Source: Amphiscolops sp. MND2022
Taxonomy: Eukaryota
NCBI GenBank assembly: GCA_964187785.1
Contig: OZ076415.1
Coordinates: 24,056,001 to 24,120,000 of the forward strand
Length of the DNA: 64,000 nt
Reading direction: 5' to 3'
The notes below the pieces were generated by a model that saw only the letters and a program-made list of their open reading frames with translations, did no database searches and was not told where the DNA came from. A program made the translations under genes and the position numbers. Below are positions 57,961 to 64,000 of the stretch, one piece after another (the first letter of the stretch is position 1; each line of letters opens with the position of its first letter).

Positions 57961-60900
57961 CCCCCTGAGCAATGGAAGTACTCCTCGTTACGGTGAGCTT
58001 TCGTTGAGAGATAAATACAATTTGTTATAAAAAATACCACAAATTGACTCAGAAAATGTCGTTAAGTTTTTGTGTCGTTTTGATGTAGTTTCTGTACAAT
58101 TTCCGAGAGCTTTCGTTATAAGTTCTAACCGAGTCAAAACGAAAAAAGGAAAGCTATGCAGTACATCATTTGAAGAGTACTTTACATCGTTTTGCTTCAA
58201 AAACACTCCAGAATGACTCGAAATGAATCGAAACATCGAGAAGTTCAACAACTTTTCGTTTTTATGCAGCTTATATGTACTTTTTGAATCGTTTTGGAGT
58301 CAGAATGTTGGCAAACATTCAACAATGATTGGACTTATAATCCAGCAGGCTCTTGAGGGAAATTTTGTAGACTTCGGTTGGAAAATGTTCAAAAGTGACC
58401 GCAAAAAGTCGGCATTTTGCCTATTTTTGACATTTCCAATGAATTTTTATTTGAGACTAGACAACATTGACATTGGAAAATTAATAGGATAAATACATCC
58501 AAAAGCTTAAGATGATGAAATTAGGTCCACAGCAGCACGTTTTGTGAAGATAAATTTGCATATTTTATGGCTGAAAGTTTCCTTAGAATAACCCAAATAA
58601 TGCCAAAACTGAAAATTTTGAATTTTATGCACTTTGTACAACTTTTAAGCTACTTCCTTGCATAAAGAAGTTTTAAAAAATCAGAACTGACTAATCCTGG
58701 TATCCTGTAAGCATTTTTGAAGTTATAACTGCAATATTTTTGGAATTGGCCTAAAAAAACCCAAAATCAAACTTCAAAAAAAGCACGTTTTTTGACAAAT
58801 CAATCCAAATTTTTGTTCAAACCACCAAAGTTTTTTGGAATAGGAATTCCATTCACCTGAACGTTGAAACAATAAGGTTTTCAAAACGCAATTTGGGAAG
58901 GAAAGTACGATGAAGTTCTTCGAGTTTACAACAAAAGTGTCAGCAATTTTGGAGTTTTTCCGAAAATTTACTTCAATCAGAAACGCCATAGGCTCAGGAT
59001 TGAAACGTGTAGCTGCCGATAGTGTTTCGGAAAGATATCAGACAAGTTTTTGTGCACAATTTTCAAATATATATATGAAAACGTAAAACTCCTTTCCGAC
59101 CTTTTTCGTGAAATATTTAATATTCAAAAAGCTCCAAGCAAAATCACTAGATTTGGATAAACCTTCAAAGGGAAAATGTTTTTGCAGTTTCCCACGTAGG
59201 AAGAAAACCGGAGAATGACCCAAAAACAAAAATGAAAAGAGGTATTTTCCACAATCATCAAGAAAACTCATCTGTTCCAAAGTATCAAAAGTAACTTAAG
59301 AGGTCACACCCAAGACTCGGGAAACTTATTTCCTTTACAGAAAACCTCAAAAACTAAAATTTGTGGAAAATGTTTTTCGAAAATTGTCTTCGAGAAGTTT
59401 CTCTTCACGCGGTAAGTCACATAGTGCCCAAAATACAAAAAGTGGGCAGCTATTGCAGAAATAATAAATTAGGTGTTGCCTTAAAAATGGACTAATGAAT
59501 CAAAGCTTTTTTCTTCGAACTTTTTTCACAGTGCATTGGCTATTCTTGAGCCTCAAATTTATATAGTTGTAGAACTGTTATGGGCTGAAACTATCTCGCT
59601 GCTCAACGGGCGTCGTTCTAAAATCTGCCAGTTCGAGTGATCATTAGAAAAGGGACTACTATAGTCTGCATTTTCCACCGAAAGCGTTGACTAAAAGGCT
59701 CGAAATAAAAAAAATCAGATAAAATAGATTCAGGAGTAAATTTTATACTTCAATCTTGGGCCATATAATGATGATCGTTGACAAAGAAGCAAACCGAACC
59801 TCGCTCAATCTCAAACGAAACAACGCACAAACAAAAATTGCCTCGAAATGATATAAAAACGATACAGCAACTAGCGTTGACCTGTTCAAGTCTCAGTATA
59901 AACTGCATTTTGAACAGAAGTTTAAAGGAATTGCGTTCAGTGTTAACCAGCACATTTTGAATGGAAGTTTAATATTGAATAATTTGAACATCATTTTTCT
60001 TCAGTGAAGATGGTTTTTCCCGTGAATTCTGGAATTCTGACCGATCCAATAAGACAAGTAAAAAAAACTTTCTAGGACTTTAACCCTATTTTTAATGGTA
60101 TACGAGTTGAATTCAGTCTAAACGCTGCTTCTTCAATTTAAGCTCTGGAAGAAAAATGTTTGGCAAGTTTTTCGTTCCAATTTAGCCCGAAATAGTTTCA
60201 TCGAACAACACTGAATGCAACCTGAGCCTCGGCTCGTAGAGTTGATTTTAACGGAGTTTAGGCGTTGTCTAGTTGTCCACGCAAATTAAATTAAATTTCC
60301 GCAAGACAAATATTTCATACTTAGAAAAATTTACATTTATACAACCTATATAATTACACACATAAGCTATTGGAACATAAGGCTGTCTACTTAGGGTCAG
60401 TCACTTGCTCAATGCCCTACTACACTTCCCCTATTTTGATACATCTTTGAGGAGGTTCAGTTTGCGTAGGACTTGAAAGTGTCTTTGGCATCAAAAAATA
60501 ATTGCACCTTTTTCGAAGGCTTTTTGACAGCTAATCAGTTTGCCAGTTTTCTGCAGTTTTGAAGGTCCATTGTTATCACAGCCTTGAAAAGTGTTTTTTT
60601 TTAAAACATAAAAACACTTATTATTAGTGCAACTGCCGACAATCTTAACAGGCTTGTTGTTGTAATCTGGGGAAGAAAACCAATATGTTCGTTATTATAA
60701 TTGATCAATTTGTCAAATTTTGAGCCAAGTTTTTTGCACATTCTTCGTGCATTCAAACGTGATGCTTCTTCATATTTAAGTATCTTTTTCCTGAAGTACT
60801 TGCAAGGAGGTTCACAGATATGTAAATTTGAAGCTGGCTTATTTTGGAACTTATAAAGTGACAAGTTTTACATTAAAATGGCCGTAAAATTGACAAGGTC

Positions 60901-61184
60901 TCATCTGCATTTAAAAAGAGCTATTGCATATTAAAACTTGCAAAACTTCATGACTTCGAACTGCCGTCGAACTTTAGGATGCATCTTTTATGCAGTTCGA
61001 TAAAATTCATTTAAAACAAAGTTCCATACATGAAAGTTTACGTGAGAGTTCTATAAAATCATATAAATTTGTTGACAACCTACAAAATCTTGCTAAAAGT
61101 TCAAGCAGTTTCAATTAGCGTTCCCTCATCTACGTTATATGAAAAAGCGCTCTTATTAATTGTATTTCAATTCAAAAGCATGAA

Positions 61185-61290
61185 ACGTTTTTGTCCTGTG
61201 CGAGATTCGAACCCAAATCAGTCGGTATCCCAGTTCAACACTCCAATCGCTGGACCAATTTACCGTTCTGTCCCGCTGTTCTCGGCCGCA
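61185..61290 (-). mobile_element. tRNA-derived SINE-like head
   Basis: Minus strand: TTGGTCCAGCGATTGG...GGGTTCGAATCTC...GGACAAAAACGTTT. Confidence 0.5.
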
Positions 61291-61553
61291 CATTGGTAGT
61301 CTTTCGCCTCCCTGACACCTTTGTGGTAGAAATTGTCGCAAAAATAAGACCCGCACTGAAACTAACATTTTTCATTTTCTCGAGAAAACTGCAAAACACG
61401 AAACAGCAATTTCAATTCAAAGTTCTTAGTATTAATTCCAATGAAAACATTCATGGTAAATGATGGAAAATTCTTTCATTTACAATTTTTTGAATATAAA
61501 TAAACAAAATTGAACGACTTTAAATATGAAAATTGTTTTTTTTTTACTTGCAG

Positions 61554-61846
61554 GAATTCTGGAAACTGACCCGCCTGCGTCACCTGAACATATCAGACAA
61601 CCGCATCTCGCAGCTGCCCCCTCAGATAGGCAACTTCACTCTGCTAACCCACCTGGACATATCTCGAAACGACATCCGCAGCCTCCCTGAGGAACTGGGT
61701 CACCTGGCGAACCTCGCCTTCCTCGACATCAGTGGCAACCCCCTGAGCAACAGAATGCTGCCCGATGCCATCTGGAAGCTACACAACCTCAGGAAGCTCT
61801 CCGCCAATGACGTGTGTCTGTGCGAGCTGCCTGAAGACATTTGCAA
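61554..61846 (+). CDS. scrib: Scribble/LAP-family LRR protein, coding exon 2; the gene continues beyond the window
   Basis: Acceptor TTTTTACTTGCAG, donor AA|GTTAGT. EFWKLTRLRHLNISDNRISQLPPQIGNFTLLTHLDISRNDI...ISGNPL...ANDVCLCELPEDIC follows SCRIB LRRs in register. Confidence 0.88.
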
Positions 61847-63939
61847 GTTAGTGCTCTTACTTAATTCGGGTACCGTTCGTCTCTGTTCATTTTTTGTCAG
61901 TTTTTTTTCGGGAAAAAATTTCAAATCCAGCATATCATTGATTTGTTTCGTTGCGAAAAGGTTACTTTCAGCCACAAAATTTGATCCCGCGGTGTACTTT
62001 CGGCATTGCAAGATAGAAGATCAGTTTCTTGAAGGATACCTTTTGTTGATACTTTGAGGCAGGGTTATTTCCATACGCACAATAAAAGCCCACTTTCGTT
62101 TGCTCATTGATGACCTGATTAATACTTGAACGGTTCCAAATTCTAGGTGATTTTAAAGTTGACAGCCGAAATCTTTGAAGCTTTCATCTTTTGCTCCCTA
62201 TGTATTTGTATTCTATAGGATTGCTTGTCTCCAGATTTCTATTTGAAAACAGCTGATTGAAAGTCGTAAAACATCAATCAAACTCAATTGTGGTACGGTT
62301 TTGTTTTCGTGTTTCAAAATCGCAGTTTTACTGAACGGTGAAATTATTTCATGTTCGGTCGTGATATATTTCGCATTGCACATTTGAATGAAAAGCCAGA
62401 TTTTCGGATCAACTTTTTTCACTTGAAATTTCGTGTTTTATTCAATTTTGTATTCCAATTTTGCTGAATAATTTGACAAGATAATTTTTTTCTAGTTAGT
62501 TTCAGTCTTTTTTTAGAAAAGTTCAATGTATGTGTAGCTTTGTTTGCTTGGTCTCTCAAGTGTTTGAATGAGTATTGTTGATTTTCAGTTGAAGTTGATG
62601 AAGCTGAAAACTAGCTCTATAAAAGTTTAATTCATGGCTAAGAAAAGCAAACACATTACGTGTCATGAATAAAACACAAATTTCTCAAGATTAAGTCAGT
62701 TTTGGAATTTTTGCTTGATTCGAAAAGTTGTGGCCTGCTCTCAACTTAATATCTGCCAAATTCAAAATATAAAAGTTGCTAGCTAGTGCGCATGAATGTA
62801 CACTAGGGTATCGAAAAGTTAAATACACGTTTTTGCTGATGAAAAATTTCAAATCACTAAGTTTTTAAATAATCAATTGACTGAAAAGTCCAAGAGCAAA
62901 ATTTTCTCAAATTTTGATTGAAATTACTGTGGTATTCTTGTTTTGATATGAAACAAAAATCACAAGTTATAACACTCAGTTTCTTTTGGCTTTCGGCAAT
63001 TTTCAAAATTTATTATGCAATATCTCGAAAACCGCTGTTCGGAACGAAAAATGTCTCAAATTTTGTACCTTCGATTCTGATCTCATTTAACACTTTTTCT
63101 GAAATTGTCAAAGATTTTCACCGCAAAATGATCATAAATTGCGAATTTTCAAATCTTACTTCTGAAAATGACTGTTTCGACGGAATTACAACTGTTTTCT
63201 GAACTTTCAGAAAGAGTTAACCATGAAAATTAAAGCATTGTCAAAGCTACCAGAATAATCAAGGGAGATTTTCCTTCTGACTGCTAGTTTCTGAGATATG
63301 GCGTTGGAAAAATTCCCGAAGTTCTTCAAAATATCATGTCATAACTAAACTTTCATTCGATTTCAAAGAAATGTTGTAATTGCTTTTTGAACTTTTTTGT
63401 CGAATGCATTTCTAAAAAAGGCGTTTTTCGCGTGTAATTTCAACGGTCTTTAGCTTTTTGGTACCATAGTGTCTGTTCATGAATAGGAATACTGATTGTT
63501 CCGCGGATACTGGTTCGAGATTACATGTACATTGTTCTTCTTGTCCAAAAAGCAGACAGATGAAATTTGATCGTTGTTGGAAAAGACAATGTGTTTTTAT
63601 ATGGCATCTGGAACTAGAGAAACAGCTTTTCTGAGTGCGCAATATGGTTCCAAGGACTGATTTTGTCATACGAAAGAAACTATGTAGTTTGAAACACTTT
63701 TTTCAGTGAAAGCATGAAAAGGCAAAGTTTGCTTGTTAACCCTAAACGATCCACCGGTACTTTGAAGTCACATACCTTTTTTTCAATTTCTAATCCGTTT
63801 TGCACAAAAAATTGTTATTTTTTTTCTAAATTTCAGTTTTTGGCGAAATCCAGTTTTCTCAAAAAAATCTTGTCCCATAGCAAAAACCAACCCCATACAA
63901 GTTCTTACGTAACAAATCCCAATAATATTCTGTTGCTAC

Positions 63940-64000
63940 TACAAGCCCTCGCGCAGCGGGCCGCACGAAGTGCGGAACTGCCGCAAAGCGGTGGTACCGG
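63940..64000 (+). repeat. Start of a GC-rich, hairpin-forming ACAAG-headed repeat at the window edge
   Basis: ACAAGCCCTCGCGCAGCGGGCCGCACGAAGTGCGG contains the stem CCGCAC-GAA-GTGCGG; truncated by the window. Confidence 0.35.

Overview
AT-rich eukaryotic (metazoan-type) genomic DNA, mostly nested transposable elements, with host genes at the two ends. Host genes: an unidentified minus-strand gene (exons 733-646 and 296-1, running off the left edge); three isolated minus-strand exon candidates (25032-24919, 21993-21970, 18537-18499); a complete two-exon SDA1/SDAD1 gene (52821-55374); and the first two coding exons of a scribble/LAP-family LRR gene (56225-56386, 61554-61846), whose first intron is best explained as GC-AG. 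Mobile DNA with defined ends: two full-length but frameshifted Mag-like Ty3/gypsy elements (4478-9892, 11277-16572); a very young non-coding LTR element (LARD-like, 36193-41318, 753-bp LTRs with one visible difference); an intact compact hAT transposon (50190-52057, 16-bp TIRs, perfect 8-bp TSD, 496-aa ORF); and four non-autonomous GG-ended elements with 8-bp TSDs and unrelated TIR sequences, three of them built from tandem repeats. Decayed or partial elements: two older gypsy copies, a CRE-clade non-LTR element with a PHD-like finger, a copia remnant, a ~200-bp hairpin+CTAG element (5 copies), an ACAAG-headed modular repeat and tRNA-like SINE heads. The strongest leads are the hAT (possible horizontal transfer), the LARD, the foldback set and a possible trans-spliced SDA1-scribble arrangement. 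All alignments and counts were done by eye and no database was searched. The organism cannot be identified from this window.
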